Positions 1 to 10,781 of a DNA stretch of 64,000 bases are shown one piece after another. The notes below the pieces were generated by a model. That model was not told the DNA's origin and did no database searches. It worked only from the letters and a program-made list of their open reading frames with translations. The position numbers were made by a program, and so were the translations under genes. Origin of the DNA: Heteronotia binoei (lineage: Eukaryota); NCBI RefSeq assembly GCF_032191835.1, contig NC_083227.1, positions 39,246,001 through 39,310,000 on the forward strand, given 5' to 3'. Within the stretch, counting starts at the first letter, position 1; the number at the start of each line of letters is the position of its first letter.

Positions 1-120
1 GTGGCGGCCACAAGCATGGCCACCTTCAAGAGGGGTTTAGATAAAAATATTGAGCAGAGGTCCATCAGTGGCTATTAGCCACAGTGTGTATGTGTGTGTG
101 TGTGTGTATATATATATGGC
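1..120 (+). mobile_element. CR1 LINE 3' UTR fragment, continuing from before the window
   Basis: Nearly the reverse complement of the fragment at 36190-36485 (ggccacaagcat-gccaccttcaagagg...gaggtccatcagtggctattagcc); family assigned from recalled squamate CR1 3' ends. Confidence 0.65.
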
Positions 121-623
121 CAGAGCCATATCAGAAGGCCACTGAGCTTTGAGTGAGACAGTTCTCTGCTGAGAGGTTCTCCTAGAGCCTTACTGATTAC
201 TACTGCCACTTCTCAGGGCCTGTTGTAAGAAGTCTGGAATACCAGTCCATCTCCCTCCACCTCAAACAACTCTGCTGGAAAGCAAACAGTGAAGCAAACA
301 GTAAACTGTGAGAGACATGTTTTTCTGCCCCAGCTATTGAGGCCCAGGAATGTTAACAATTTTACCTCAGAGAAAGCCAACTCTTCTCTGTGTCCTCTCT
401 GTCAAACACTGTCAGAAAGGGCTGCAGAGCTAGTGTGACCTTATGAAAGGCCTCCCAGCTAATGCAGCCTCCAAAGGCCACACAAATAGCCTGGGAGGCA
501 AAGCCTCGTTTATTTCCCCCTGGGAAGTTCTAGTCAAAGGATGTTGCTAGGTAACCCAGGCTGCTTTTTTCAGTAAAGAAAGAGGTCTCAGGTGAATAGA
601 ATAGCATACAGTCCACCCTCCAA

Positions 624-1770
624 TAGGGTTGCCAGTCCCCAGGTCCCAGCGATGGTTCTTCTGCTTTCCCAGGCTGCTTCCCGCCCCCAGAGGACCATGT
701 GCCTTTCCACCTCTGGAGGCTTCAGTCTCCCATAGGAAAGGCTTCCTCTTGGGATGGTGTATCTGTGTTACCGTGAAGAAGTTGGCAGCAACTCGTGAGT
801 AGAGAGGCCAATCCCTCGCTTCAGTCTCCAGAAATGGGGGGAGGGGGAGAGAGGGAGGGAAACGTCTGCTGAGCACTTCATTATTCCCTATGTGGAGATC
901 GATTCTCATAAGGTATAATAGGGAATTGATCTGGAGGTTTCGGGGGCTCTGGGGGAGCTTTTTTTTGAGGTAGAGGCATCAAATTTTTTCAGTATAGTAT
1001 CTAGTGCCTCTCTCCAAAGTACCCCCCCAAGTTTCAAAACGATTGGACCAGGGGGTCTAATTCTATGAGCCCCAAAGGAAGGTGCTCCTATCCTTCATTA
1101 TTTCCTATGGAAGAAAGGCATTTAAGAAGGTGTGCTATCCCTTTAAATGTGATGGCCAGAACTCTCTTGGAATTCAATTATGCTTGTCACACCCTTGTTC
1201 CTGGCTCCGCCCCCAATGTCTCCTGGCCCCACCCCTAAAGTCTCTTGGCTCCACCCCCAAAGTCCCCAGATATTTCTTGAATTGGACTTGGCAACCCTAG
1301 TTGGGGGCAGAGGATCCTCTGGTTTGGAGGCCCTCCCCCTGCATTCAGGTTCATCAGAAAGCGGGAGTAGGGAGGGAAATGTATGCTGGGCACTCCATTA
1401 TTCCCTATGGAGACCAATACCTATAGGGTATAATGGAGAATTGATCTGCGGGTATCTGGGGCTCTGGGGGCCCTGTTTTTTGAGGTAGAGGCACCAAATT
1501 TGCCTCTCCTCAAAACATCCTCCAAGGTTCAAAAAGATTGGACCAGGGAGTCCAATTATATGACCCCCAAAAGACGGTGCTCCCATCCTTCATTATTTCC
1601 AATAAAGGGAAAGCATTGAAAAAGTGTGCAGTCCCTTTAAATGTGATGGCCAGAACACCCTTTGAAGTTCAGTTATGTTTGTCACACCCTTGTCCTGGTT
1701 CCACTCCAATGTCTCCTGGCTCCATCCCCAAAGTTCCCAGATATTTCTTCTATTGGATCTGGCAACCCTA
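624..1770. mobile_element. Tandem pair of non-autonomous hAT (Blackjack-like) elements
   Basis: TAGGGTTGCCA at 624 and TGGCAACCCTA ending at 1299 and at 1770; internal sequence shared with 30471-31000 and 8676-9033. Confidence 0.7.
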
Positions 1771-2244
1771 TCTGCTTGGTTACATGTGAGTAAGAGCCAG
1801 AGAACCAGCAACTGAGCTAGAGACAAGGCAGGGCATTCTTCTCCCTTTCTGATGGCATAAACAGACGAAGTAGAGGAGCAAGCTGAGAATGTAGAAAGAC
1901 CAGGAGGGGAAATCTGGACTATTCAGGAGTCAAAGCAAAATCAGGAGTGAGTCAAAGCTGCTGCAGGCAGGAAGTATAGAAAGGGCCTTGGTTACCACGG
2001 GGCAGTAGAGTGCTGGAAGTGGTCTGAATGCTGAATGACAGTAAACAAATGCAGAAGATATAAGGAGTGCAGCCAGACAGATGTGAAAGTGAAATACAAT
2101 GTAGAAGGGAAAATTTGGATGTGCTCAGAAACCGGGGCAAATATGGATGTAGAAAAGGCCAATTTCAAGTTTGCAAGCATTTCCTCTCACAGGTGACCAA
2201 CTCTGGCATGTATTGAAAGTTAGGGCTGCCAATCCCTGGGTACG

Positions 2245-3032
2245 GCAGAAGAAGGAACATGTACCTCCGCAAAAGACCAGCCTCAAGATTAATACAAAAT
2301 TTACAAGTATTTTATAAATGAAAAACAATGTGTCAATTTAAGGTGAAATAAATCACAAATCAATAATAGAACAATACCCGTGCCCGCAACCCAAAGTCTC
2401 ACAAAAAGCAAATAAATGCCAGTCTATTCAACAGGTGGGTCCAGGCAGTGGTGAAGGTTGATTCTTCTGCAGAGTCCAAAGCTCCAATATTTCTTCGCAA
2501 GATTTCACCGAAGTAATCCAGTGCAGCAAGGCACATGAAGGACGCGACAGGGATGTACTTGAAGCCTCGGTGGCATTGTAGCTCTTGAAACTCCTTCCCT
2601 GGACTTCCTTTGACAGGGAAGGAGCTTCAAGAGCTACAGCGCCACTGAGAATAGAGATATGTAATGCCATCACTTCTGACTCGGCTTGTAGAAGCTTTTT
2701 GGTGAAATTGGGCTTCAAGTACATCCCTCTCGCGCCCTTCACGTGCCTTGCTGCACTGGATTACTTCGGTGAAATCTTGTGAAGAAATATTGGAGCATTG
2801 GACTCCACTGAAGAATCAACCTTCACCACTGCCTGGACCTACCTGTTGAATAGACTGGCATTTATTTGCTTTTTGTGAGACTTTGGGTTGTGGGTATGGG
2901 TATTGTTCTATTATTGAATTGTGATTTGTTTCACCTTAAATTGACACATTGTTTTTCATTTATAAAATACTTGTAAGTTTTGTATTAATCTTGAGACTGG
3001 TCTTTCACAGAAGTACACTTTCCTTTTTCTGC
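2245..3032. repeat. Long imperfect inverted repeat (322-bp arms) with an internal hairpin
   Basis: Arm 2245-2566 is the reverse complement of 2711-3032 with scattered mismatches; a second hairpin lies at 2567-2650. Confidence 0.9.
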
Positions 3033-3170
3033 TCCATTTTCCCACGTTTCTCTATTTCGATTGTCTTAATCCTTTGGTGGGGGCAGAGGATCCCCCGGTT
3101 TCGAGGCCCTCCCCCTGATTCAGGGTCATAAGAAAGTGTGTGTGTGTGTGGGGGGGAGGAAATGGGCACT

Positions 3171-3758
3171 TGTCATGGGTGCTGGGGACCCTGTAGAGGA
3201 AGTTGAGCCTGCAGCAGAAACTGTGCCCCTGCCACCTGCACCAGTGCCCCTGCCTCCTGCTGGAGAAGATCCCAGCCCCCCTGCCTCGCCCTCTCGGGTG
3301 GTGCGTGTGCGTGACCGCCTCCGTCAGGACCTCAGGGATCGGAGGAGGGCGGCACGCTCACAAGCAAGACGCTCCCTGAGCCCTGAGTTTTGAGAGGATT
3401 CTGGCCCTTCTAAGAGCAAGGATGCTTGAGTTGCAACAGGATCCTGGCTGCCTCTCTGAGCCAGCAATTAGCCCAAATGGGCAACAGCCAGCAGAGGGCT
3501 ATATAGCTGTAGGCTTTGGGAGGAGGCTTTGTGGAAGCAACTAGTCATCTACCTGACGTCCTAGCATCCACTTCGGCTTTTGACTTTGGACCTCCTGACC
3601 TTGGCTTGACTTCTGGACCCCCTGACTACGGCTTCTGAACCTCTGACCTACGATACCTGGACAACGATTTGGCTTTGGCACCTTGGACACTCTTGCTCAC
3701 CGGTTACAGACCTTGGACTGCCCCTGGACTTCGCCTGGCCTGGCCCCAGCTCGTGACA
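3171..3758 (+). repeat. 5' LTR
   Basis: tgtcatgggt...gctcgtgaca; no difference from the 3' LTR found by eye; TATATA at 3500-3505. Confidence 0.96.
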
Positions 3759-3760
3759 GA

Positions 3761-3770
3761 TTGCTTCCAC
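3761..3770 (+). promoter_or_regulatory. Self-priming primer-binding site
   Basis: TTGCTTCCAC is complementary to GTGGAAGCAA at 3531-3540, 31 nt after the start of the LTR TATA box; no tRNA-type TGG PBS present. Confidence 0.75.
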
Positions 3771-3794
3771 CCACACAAACACCCATTCCACAGG

Positions 3795-4685
3795 ATGGAT
3801 GCTGAAGCAAGTGGAACCGCAGGACTACTGGCTGCCCTCCAAGCCCAGGTACAGCAGCTGACACAGGCAGTAGTGCACTTGCAGCAACAACCTGTGGCCA
3901 GTGCTCCAGCCAAGTGCCCAGTTCCCCCACCTGACAGATTTGGGGGTGCTGTGGAAGAATTTCCTGCGTTCCTGGCACAGTGTCAGCTGTACTTTGAACT
4001 AAGAGCACGGGACTTCCCCAATGACAAGACGAAGGTGTGTTTTATCATTAGTCTGTTAAAGGGGCAGGCGGCCAAGTGGGCCACACCCCTACTGGTTGGG
4101 TCCTCTCCCCTACTGACTGATTACCAGGGGTTTGAGGCCCACCTGTCTGCTGCCTTCTCCAACCCAGTCCAAGCAGCCACAGCCAACCGGAAAATCAGGG
4201 CCCTGAAACAAGGCCAGTCCTCGGTGGCTCAGTATGCCACCGAATTCAAGCTCCTGGCCCAAGACTTGGCGTGGAATGAGGCTGCTCAGATGGACCAGTT
4301 TACCGAGGGGTTGGCAGAGGAAGTCCTGGACGAACTGGCCAGGGTGGAGCGGCCCCCCACGCTCCAGGAACTTATCACCCTCTGCCTCCGCATCGATGGC
4401 CGCCTGGAAAGTCGCCGCCAAGCCAAGACCCGAGGGCGCCAGCTCCCTGCGCCATGCCACTTGGCTCCTCTCCCATCCCCAGCTAGTACCAGAGACGAGG
4501 GTGAGCCTATGCAGCTTGGAGCTGCTCGACCCCGCCTGACTCCAGAAGAAAAGGCCAGACGCCGCACGCAGAACCTGTGCCTCTACTGCGGCACGGCAGG
4601 CCACTATGCCTCTGGCTGCCCTGCTAAACATCGAATACCCAGACCTACATTGCCACCGCCGCCAAAAGGCCAGCCCCAGGCGTAA
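3795..4685 (+). CDS. gag: Gag (retrotransposon gag domain plus CCHC zinc knuckle)
   Basis: ATG at 3795 (MDAEASG); capsid motifs PDRFGG and FLAQCQLYF; [14 protein letters not shown] knuckle; PEG10/RTL1-like. Confidence 0.92.
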   Translation: MDAEASGTAGLLAALQAQVQQLTQAVVHLQQQPVASAPAKCPVPPPDRFGGAVEEFPAFLAQCQLYFELRARDFPNDKTKVCFIISLLKGQAAKWATPLLVGSSPLLTDYQGFEAHLSAAFSNPVQAATANRKIRALKQGQSSVAQYATEFKLLAQDLAWNEAAQMDQFTEGLAEEVLDELARVERPPTLQELITLCLRIDGRLESRRQAKTRGRQLPAPCHLAPLPSPASTRDEGEPMQLGAARPRLTPEEKARRRTQNLCLYCGTAGHYASGCPAKHRIPRPTLPPPPKGQPQA

Positions 4686-4720
4686 GTGGACCCTCCAGCC
4701 TGGGGCGACTAGCTGGGTCC
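4661..4720 (+). promoter_or_regulatory. Putative -1 ribosomal frameshift signal (G CCA AAA heptamer plus H-type pseudoknot)
   Basis: Stem 1 GCCCCAGGC (4673-4681) / GCCTGGGGC (4698-4706); loop GGACCC pairs with GGGTCC (4715-4720); pol is in the -1 frame relative to gag. Confidence 0.7.
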
Positions 4721-7700
4721 TCCGAACAACAGGCTGATACCCCGGGCCCGTTCCTGCTACCAGTCAAACTCCATCTGCCCGATGGACGCTGGCTGTTCGT
4801 GTATGCCATGCTGGACTCGGGAGCGGCCCACTGTTTCGTAGATGCCGCCTTTGTAAAGCAGCACCAGATCCCAGTGCAGCCAAAAGAGATTCCGACACTG
4901 GTGGAGGCTATTGACGGGCGCCTCCTCCGTTCTGGCCCCGTCACCCAGGAGACCTGTCCCATCACCTTCCACGTCCAGCAGCACCAAGAACAGCTGCAGT
5001 TTGATGTCGCCCGCATGCCTCGCTTCCCGCTGATTCTAGGCCTTTCCTGGCTGAAGCTGCACAACCCCATCGTGGACTGGGCTCAGCAAGAACTACGCTT
5101 CCGAGACCCATGCCCCCATCTGACTCCTCCCACCACTCTAGCAGCCGGCATCCCGAGTGGTGGTCCTCAGCTCCCTCAGAAGTATGCAGATTTCGCCGAT
5201 GTCTTTGAAGAGACAGGAGCAGATCAGCTTCCCCCTCACCGACCCTATGACTGTGCCATTGATTTGGTACCTGGGGCACCACTCCCGGTGGGGCGTCTGT
5301 ACCCAATGTCGGAGCCTGAGTTGGCAGCTTTGCGAGACTACCTGGACAAGAACCTGAAGCGCGGATTCATCCGACCCTCAACTTCTCCCCTGTCTGCTCC
5401 AGTCCTCTTCGTGAAGAAGAAAAGCGGGGAGCTCCGGCTGTGCAATGACTACCGGGCCCTGAACAAGATCACCATCCGCGACCGGTACCCTCTACCACTG
5501 ATCCCTGAACTCTTGGATCGTTTAAAGGGGGCCCAAATCTACACCAAGCTGGACCTCCGCGGAGCGTACAATTTGGTGCGCATACGGCCCGGAGACGAAT
5601 GGAAGACCGCGTTTGGGACCCGATACGGGCAGTACGAGCACCTGGTGATGCCCTTCGGATTGACCAACGCCCCCGCTGTCTTCCAGAGGTTCATGAATGA
5701 TGTATTCCGGGACCTGCTCGACCGCTTCGCAATCATATACCTGGATGACATTCTAATTTACTCCCGCAATCCTGCCCAGCATGCCGAGCACGTCCGCCAG
5801 GTCCTACAGCGCCTACGCGCCCATGGCCTCTACGCCAAGCTGGAGAAGTGCGACTTTGACCTGCGCTCCGTCGAGTTCCTTGGTCACATTGTGTCACCAC
5901 AGGGAATCCTCATGGACCCGAAAAAGGTGGAAGCGGTCCTGACCTGGCAGGCCCCTCAGAATCGCAAAGACCTGCAGCGGTTCCTTGGTTTTGCCAACTA
6001 CTATCGGCAATTCATCCCAGCCTATGCATCTCTGACAACACCCCTGACTCAACTACTCCGCCCCAAAGAACCTTTCCACTGGTCCCCAGAGGCCGATAAC
6101 GCTTTCTCCACCCTGAAGACCCGCTTCGCCACCGGGCCACTCCTGAGATACCCCGACCCCCAGCTTCCCTTTACGGTGGAAGCTGATGCCTCCAACGTGG
6201 CCCTGGGAGCAGTGCTGTCCCAGCGCGAGGAGCCGTCCCAGCCACTCCAGCCCTGCGCCTATTACTCACGCCAGCTCACTGCGGCAGAGAGGAACTACAC
6301 CATCTGGGAGAGGGAGTTGCTCGCGATCAAGGTGGCTTTTGAGGTTTGGAGACATTACCTTGAAGGGGCTCGCCACCCTGTCCAAGTGCTCACCGACCAC
6401 CGGAACTTGGAGCATCTCCAGACCACCCGCCGTCTCAACCAGCGCCAGATCCGGTGGTCCCTATTCTTCTCCCGCTTTGACTTCAAGATCACCTACATCC
6501 CCCATACCCAGAACCGGAAAGCCGATGCGCTCTCGCGGAAACCGGAATACGCTCCTGCTTCGACTGAGACCGTGCCTGCTGCTCCCATCCTGCCACCCTC
6601 AGTGTTTGCAGCCACCTCCACTTCACCAGCACTCGTGGAGGACATTCGTGCTAGCCAGGCCAATGATCCCTGGGTCCAGCAACACCTCCAGGCACTCCAA
6701 GATGGCTCAACAGGCGAGTTCACGACTCGAGGCGGCCTCTTGCTACACCACGAACGCCTCTATGTGCCGCCCGGGCCCTTGCGGGCAGAAGTACTACGCA
6801 TGACCCACGACGCTGGGCACTTTGGACAACATAAGACCACCCACTTGCTGACACGGGAATTCTGGTGGCCACGAGTTCGCTCCGATGTTGCCCGTTATGT
6901 CAGCTCCTGTGACGTCTGCCGACGGGCCAAAGACGTCCCAGCCAAACCCTCGGGGTTGTTACAGCCCTTGCCCACACCCTCAGGACCCTGGGATACCATC
7001 TCGATGGACTTCATCACGGAACTTCCACGATCCAAGGGTCAGACGTGCATCTTGGTGGTCGTCGACCTATTTACCAAGATGGCCCACTTCATTCCGTGCC
7101 CGAAACTTCCCACAGCTCAGGAGACAGCCCAGCTCTACCTGCAACACATCTTTCGTCTGCACGGACTCCCAGCCCACCTGATCTCAGACCGGGGCCCCCA
7201 GTTCTCCTCTCGGTTCTGGCAAGCCCTCCATTCCAGCCTGGGGACTCGAGTGCACCTGTCCTCAGCTTACCACCCACAGACAGATGGTCAGACAGAGCGC
7301 ACCAATGCCACGCTAGAGCAATATCTCCGCTGTTACACCTGCTACCAGCAGGACGACTGGATCACTCTGTTGCCTCTAGCGGAATTTGCATACAACAACG
7401 CGGTCCATTCCTCCACCCAAATGACCCCGTTTGCTGCAACCTACGGGTACCACCCTCGGTTCTTCCCGGCGATCCTGCCACCCACGAATGTCCCCGCCGT
7501 TGAGGCCTACCTGCAAGAACTCCGCGCCAGCCAAGACTTGCTCCGAGAGCAGCTACAGCGGGCCAAGGAAGCCTATAAACTAGCTGCGGACCGGAAGAGG
7601 CAGGAAGGCCCCCCAATCCAGCCGGGGGATCAGGTGTGGCTCTCAACTCGCTACCTGCGCCGGCCTGGTCGGTCTCACAAGCTGGATGCGCGGTTCATTG

Positions 7701-8305
7701 GACCCTACCCTGTCTTAGAACAAATAAACCCCGTCGCCTTCAGGCTCCAGTTGCCACCCCACCTCCGCATTCACCCCGTGTTCCATCGCTCCCTCCTTGT
7801 TCCAGCTGCACGCCCTGACCCAGCTCGGCCTCCTTCTCCACCGCCACCACCACCAGTGTTGGTGGATGATGAAGAAGAATACGAGGTGCGCCAGATCCTG
7901 GACTCCCGGTACCATCGTGGAGGCCTCCAGTACCTTGTGGACTGGGAGGGATACGGCCCAGAAGACCGGTCTTGGGAGCCCGTGGACAATCTTCATGCCC
8001 CAGACTTGGTGCAACGGTTCCACAACGACCACCCCGACCTCCCAGGCCCCTCGACGGAGGGGGGCCCTGGGGGGGGGGATAGTGTCATGGGTGCTGGGGA
8101 CCCTGTAGAGGAAGTTGAGCCTGCAGCAGAAACTGTGCCCCTGCCACCTGCACCAGTGCCCCTGCCTCCTGCTGGAGAAGATCCCAGCCCCCCTGCCTCG
8201 CCCTCTCGGGTGGTGCGTGTGCGTGACCGCCTCCGTCAGGACCTCAGGGATCGGAGGAGGGCGGCACGCTCACAAGCAAGACGCTCCCTGAGCCCTGAGT
8301 TTTGA
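4661..8305 (+). CDS. pol: Pol: aspartic protease, RT, RNase H, integrase, chromodomain and an LTR-encoded C-terminal tail
   Basis: LDSGA protease, YLDDILI RT, EADAS RNase H, H-X-H...C-X2-C zinc finger, DFITELP/SDRGPQF/TERTN integrase, EYEVRQILD...YLVDWEGY...SWEP chromodomain; frame is open from the slip site to a stop inside the 3' LTR. Confidence 0.95.
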   Translation, partial: AKRPAPGVSGPSSLGRLAGSSEQQADTPGPFLLPVKLHLPDGRWLFVYAMLDSGAAHCFVDAAFVKQHQIPVQPKEIPTLVEAIDGRLLRSGPVTQETCPITFHVQQHQEQLQFDVARMPRFPLILGLSWLKLHNPIVDWAQQELRFRDPCPHLTPPTTLAAGIPSGGPQLPQKYADFADVFEETGADQLPPHRPYDCAIDLVPGAPLPVGRLYPMSEPELAALRDYLDKNLKRGFIRPSTSPLSAPVLFVKKKSGELRLCNDYRALNKITIRDRYPLPLIPELLDRLKGAQIYTKLDLRGAYNLVRIRPGDEWKTAFGTRYGQYEHLVMPFGLTNAPAVFQRFMNDVFRDLLDRFAIIYLDDILIYSRNPAQHAEHVRQVLQRLRAHGLYAKLEKCDFDLRSVEFLGHIVSPQGILMDPKKVEAVLTWQAPQNRKDLQRFLGFANYYRQFIPAYASLTTPLTQLLRPKEPFHWSPEADNAFSTLKTRFATGPLLRYPDPQLPFTVEADASNVALGAVLSQREEPSQPLQPCAYYSRQLTAAERNYTIWERELLAIKVAFEVWRHYLEGARHPVQVLTDHRNLEHLQTTRRLNQRQIRWSLFFSRFDFKITYIPHTQNRKADALSRKPEYAPASTETVPAAPILPPSVFAATSTSPALVEDIRASQANDPWVQQHLQALQDGSTGEFTTRGGLLLHHERLYVPPGPLRAEVLRMTHDAGHFGQHKTTHLLTREFWWPRVRSDVARYVSSCDVCRRAKDVPAKPSGLLQPLPTPSGPWDTISMDFITELPRSKGQTCILVVVDLFTKMAHFIPCPKLPTAQETAQLYLQHIFRLHGLPAHLISDRGPQFSSRFWQALHSSLGTRVHLSSAYHPQTDGQTERTNATLEQYLRCYTCYQQDDWITLLPLAEFAYNNAVHSSTQMTPFAATYGYHPRFFPAILPPTNVPAVEAYLQELRASQDLLREQLQRAKEAYKLAADRKRQEGPPIQPGDQVWLSTRYLRRPGRSHKLDARFIGPYPVLEQINPVAFRLQLPPHLRIHPVFHRSLLVPAARPDPARPPSPPPPPPVLVDDEEEYEVRQILDSRYHRGGLQYLVDWEGYGPEDRSWEPVDNLHAPDLVQRFHNDHPDLPGPSTEGGPGGGDSVMGAGDPVEEVEPAAETVPLPPAPVPLPPAGEDPSPPASPSRVVRVRDRLRQDLRDRRRAARSQARRSLSPEF
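8069..8082 (+). promoter_or_regulatory. Polypurine tract
   Basis: G-run followed by atag immediately before the TG of the 3' LTR. Confidence 0.8.
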
Positions 8306-8670
8306 GAGGATTCTGGCCCTTCTAAGAGCAAGGATGCTTGAGTTGCAACAGGATCCTGGCTGCCTCTCTGAGCCAGCAATTAGCCCAAATGGGCAACAGC
8401 CAGCAGAGGGCTATATAGCTGTAGGCTTTGGGAGGAGGCTTTGTGGAAGCAACTAGTCATCTACCTGACGTCCTAGCATCCACTTCGGCTTTTGACTTTG
8501 GACCTCCTGACCTTGGCTTGACTTCTGGACCCCCTGACTACGGCTTCTGAACCTCTGACCTACGATACCTGGACAACGATTTGGCTTTGGCACCTTGGAC
8601 ACTCTTGCTCACCGGTTACAGACCTTGGACTGCCCCTGGACTTCGCCTGGCCTGGCCCCAGCTCGTGACA
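8083..8670 (+). repeat. 3' LTR
   Basis: 588-bp direct repeat of 3171-3758, followed by the TSD GCACT. Confidence 0.96.
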
Positions 8671-9139
8671 GCACTCAATTATTCCGTATGCAGACCGATT
8701 CCCATAGGGTATAATGGAAAATTGATATGTGGGTATCTGGGACTCTAGGGGAGCTGTTTTTTCAGGTAGAGGCACAAACTTGCAGCATAACATCCAGTAC
8801 TGCTCCACAAAACATCCTCCAAGTTTCAGAAAAAGTGGACCAAGGGGGCCCGAAAGAAGACGCCCTTATCCTTCATTATTCCAAATGGTGGGAAGGCATT
8901 TAAAAGGAGCATAGTTCCTTTAAATGTGATGGCCAGAATGCATTTCGGAGTTCAATTGTGCTTGTCACACCCTTGCTCCTGGCTCTGCCCCCAAAGTCCC
9001 CAGATATTTCTTGAGTCAGACTTGGCAACTCTCTTGAAAGCTGATGCAAGTTCCTAACATGTTCTGTGATAAAAACTTAGGGAAGTGCTACCTTCTGAGC
9101 CAGGAATGCTGAACATCCTTAAATAAGCAGTTCTCTTAC

Positions 9140-10632
9140 CCGGTTCTGGCAAACTCCGCCCAGTATCGCATCACTTGGGGGATTAGCTCTAATTCTGCCT
9201 CTGTGTGAGTTACATTGGTTCCCGGTAACAATGTCAGAGTTCCAAAAATGTAAGGGACCTCAGATCCATGGGTAGACCCCATCCATTCAGGCCAAACGGA
9301 GCCACTGCTACGATGGGTGAAAGTGTAAGCATACACAGGGATTCCACTCTTTGCAGTCTCTGTGGCAATTCTGTTTGCTGGACATACAAAGGAATGATCA
9401 CCCAAGGCCTGGGACAAGGCAGAACGATAACGTGCTGGGCCTTCTGGTTCTGCTTCGCTGTACCTCTGAGCAATGGATTGGATGAAGTCTTCAGTTGCAT
9501 TGTGTACATTCAATTTTAGCCCCTCCAAGAGCTGCTCCCAGGTCAAAAGGCTTTCATTGAATGTATGTAAGTAAGGAGCAGCAAAGAAGATATATACAGA
9601 ACCTTCATCAGAGGTGGTACCAATCATAATAGGCTTAGACTGAAAGTGCCCAGACTCCACAAGTTTCTGTGGGTCATCAGGAAGGAAATCTCCATCTGTT
9701 GTTGGCATGAAGGGAAACTCCAGAACAACCTTGGGATCCACAACCACGAATGTATATTTTGGAAATTCTTCCATTTTCTTTTCCTGCAAGCACTTCACTA
9801 TGGCACTGTCTTCACCTTCTGTACAGCCCATCAGCTTGGCCAAGACCAAAGCTCTCCTCTTTGCCTCCTCAGGACTCTCCCAAGTCCAGGGTGCAATGGC
9901 CGTCCCACTCTGCAGCACAGCACGATCAAATAGAGACTGACTCCCTGGTGAGAGGAGGTGATAATTGACAGCCGTTCCTCCAGAACTTTCACCAAAAATG
10001 GTTATCTGAATCGGGTCTCCTCCAAAAGCAGCTGCATTCTCCCTCACCCATCTTAGGGCCAACTGCTGGTCGAACAAGCCCACATTTCCTGGGGCAGCTG
10101 GTGGTAATGAAAGGAAGCCTAGAGCTCCCAGACGGTAATTCATGGAGATCACAATAACATTCTCGGTAGCAGCTAGGAATGCCCCATTATATATGACCAG
10201 GGAAGTTGAGCCAATAAAAAATCCGCCACCATGGATCCAGACAAGGACTGCAGCGGGTGTGGAAGGCTGGGGATGGGGCACCCAGACATTGAGGAAGAGA
10301 CAGTCCTCCGAATGGGGTGTGGTGACATTAAATATGGAGGCACCAGGAGTGCCTGAAATAGCTATTTGAGGGCATGAATTTCCAAAGCTGGTGGTTTCCA
10401 GGATGTGTCTCCATGGCTTATGGGGAACAGGCTTCTGGAAACGCAATTTCCCCACGGGGGGTTCTGCATAGGGGATGCCCAGATAAGCTGTGACGTTTCT
10501 TGAGCCAGCTGGGACATGTTTCCCCTGGATAGGGCCACTGCTGGTGACTACTATAATTTCACCTTTAGCAGAAGACTTGAGTTCCAGAAGGGAGAGGAGC
10601 AGGAATCTCATCCAAAAGAAGCGTCTAGTCAT
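9140..10632 (-). CDS. Cholinesterase-like carboxylesterase copy A, large coding exon (BCHE exon 2 equivalent, 497 codons + 2 nt)
   Basis: Acceptor tttcag then 8 nt to ATG (MTRRFFW, signal peptide); SEDCLFLNVW, WIHGGGF, GESSG, DEG, HGSE; ends FART-gg|GTAAG. Exon 3 not found in the window. Confidence 0.93.
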
Positions 10633-10781
10633 TGCAGCACCTGAAAGGGAAGGATCCCAGAAGAAGTTACCACCCATCTCAAAAAAAGAGAAAAAAAAGA
10701 AACAGGCCATTTCACCATTCTATTTTCCCCTTGGTTCTGAGGGCCAGATATCTCATGAGTCTGATGAACAAAGGCCAATAT

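Larger units (their letters stand above)
3171..8670 (+). mobile_element. Full-length Ty3/Gypsy LTR retrotransposon, chromodomain-containing (Tf1/sushi group)
   Basis: 588-bp TG...CA LTRs, 5-bp TSD GCACT (3166-3170 / 8671-8675), uninterrupted gag and pol ORFs, PPT before the 3' LTR. Confidence 0.97.
2221..9033. mobile_element. Non-autonomous hAT (Blackjack-like) element hosting two nested insertions
   Basis: Ends tagggctgcca / tggcaactctc; 8-bp TSD ttgaaagt (2213-2220) / ttgaaagc (9034-9041); paralogous empty site gcatgtattgaaagc at ~28071. Confidence 0.8.

Noticed and set aside
2800-2860. Hammerhead ribozyme in the palindrome arm (ccaCTGAAGA...gaatagactgg)
   Set aside because: Both arms read GAATAGAC where GAAAC-NUH is required, so the catalytic core is not met.
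3669-3794. Longer Gag starting at the TTG at 3669
   Set aside because: Most of this segment (to 3758) lies inside the LTR and the rest spans the PBS leader; the first ATG after the PBS (3795) is the likelier start.
10633-10710. N-terminal extensions MACFFFFSFF... (A) and MAYFFSFF... (C, 33455-33526) in the ORF track
   Set aside because: They translate the polypyrimidine tract of intron 1. The acceptor lies 8 nt before MTR, as in BCHE, and D lacks the extension.
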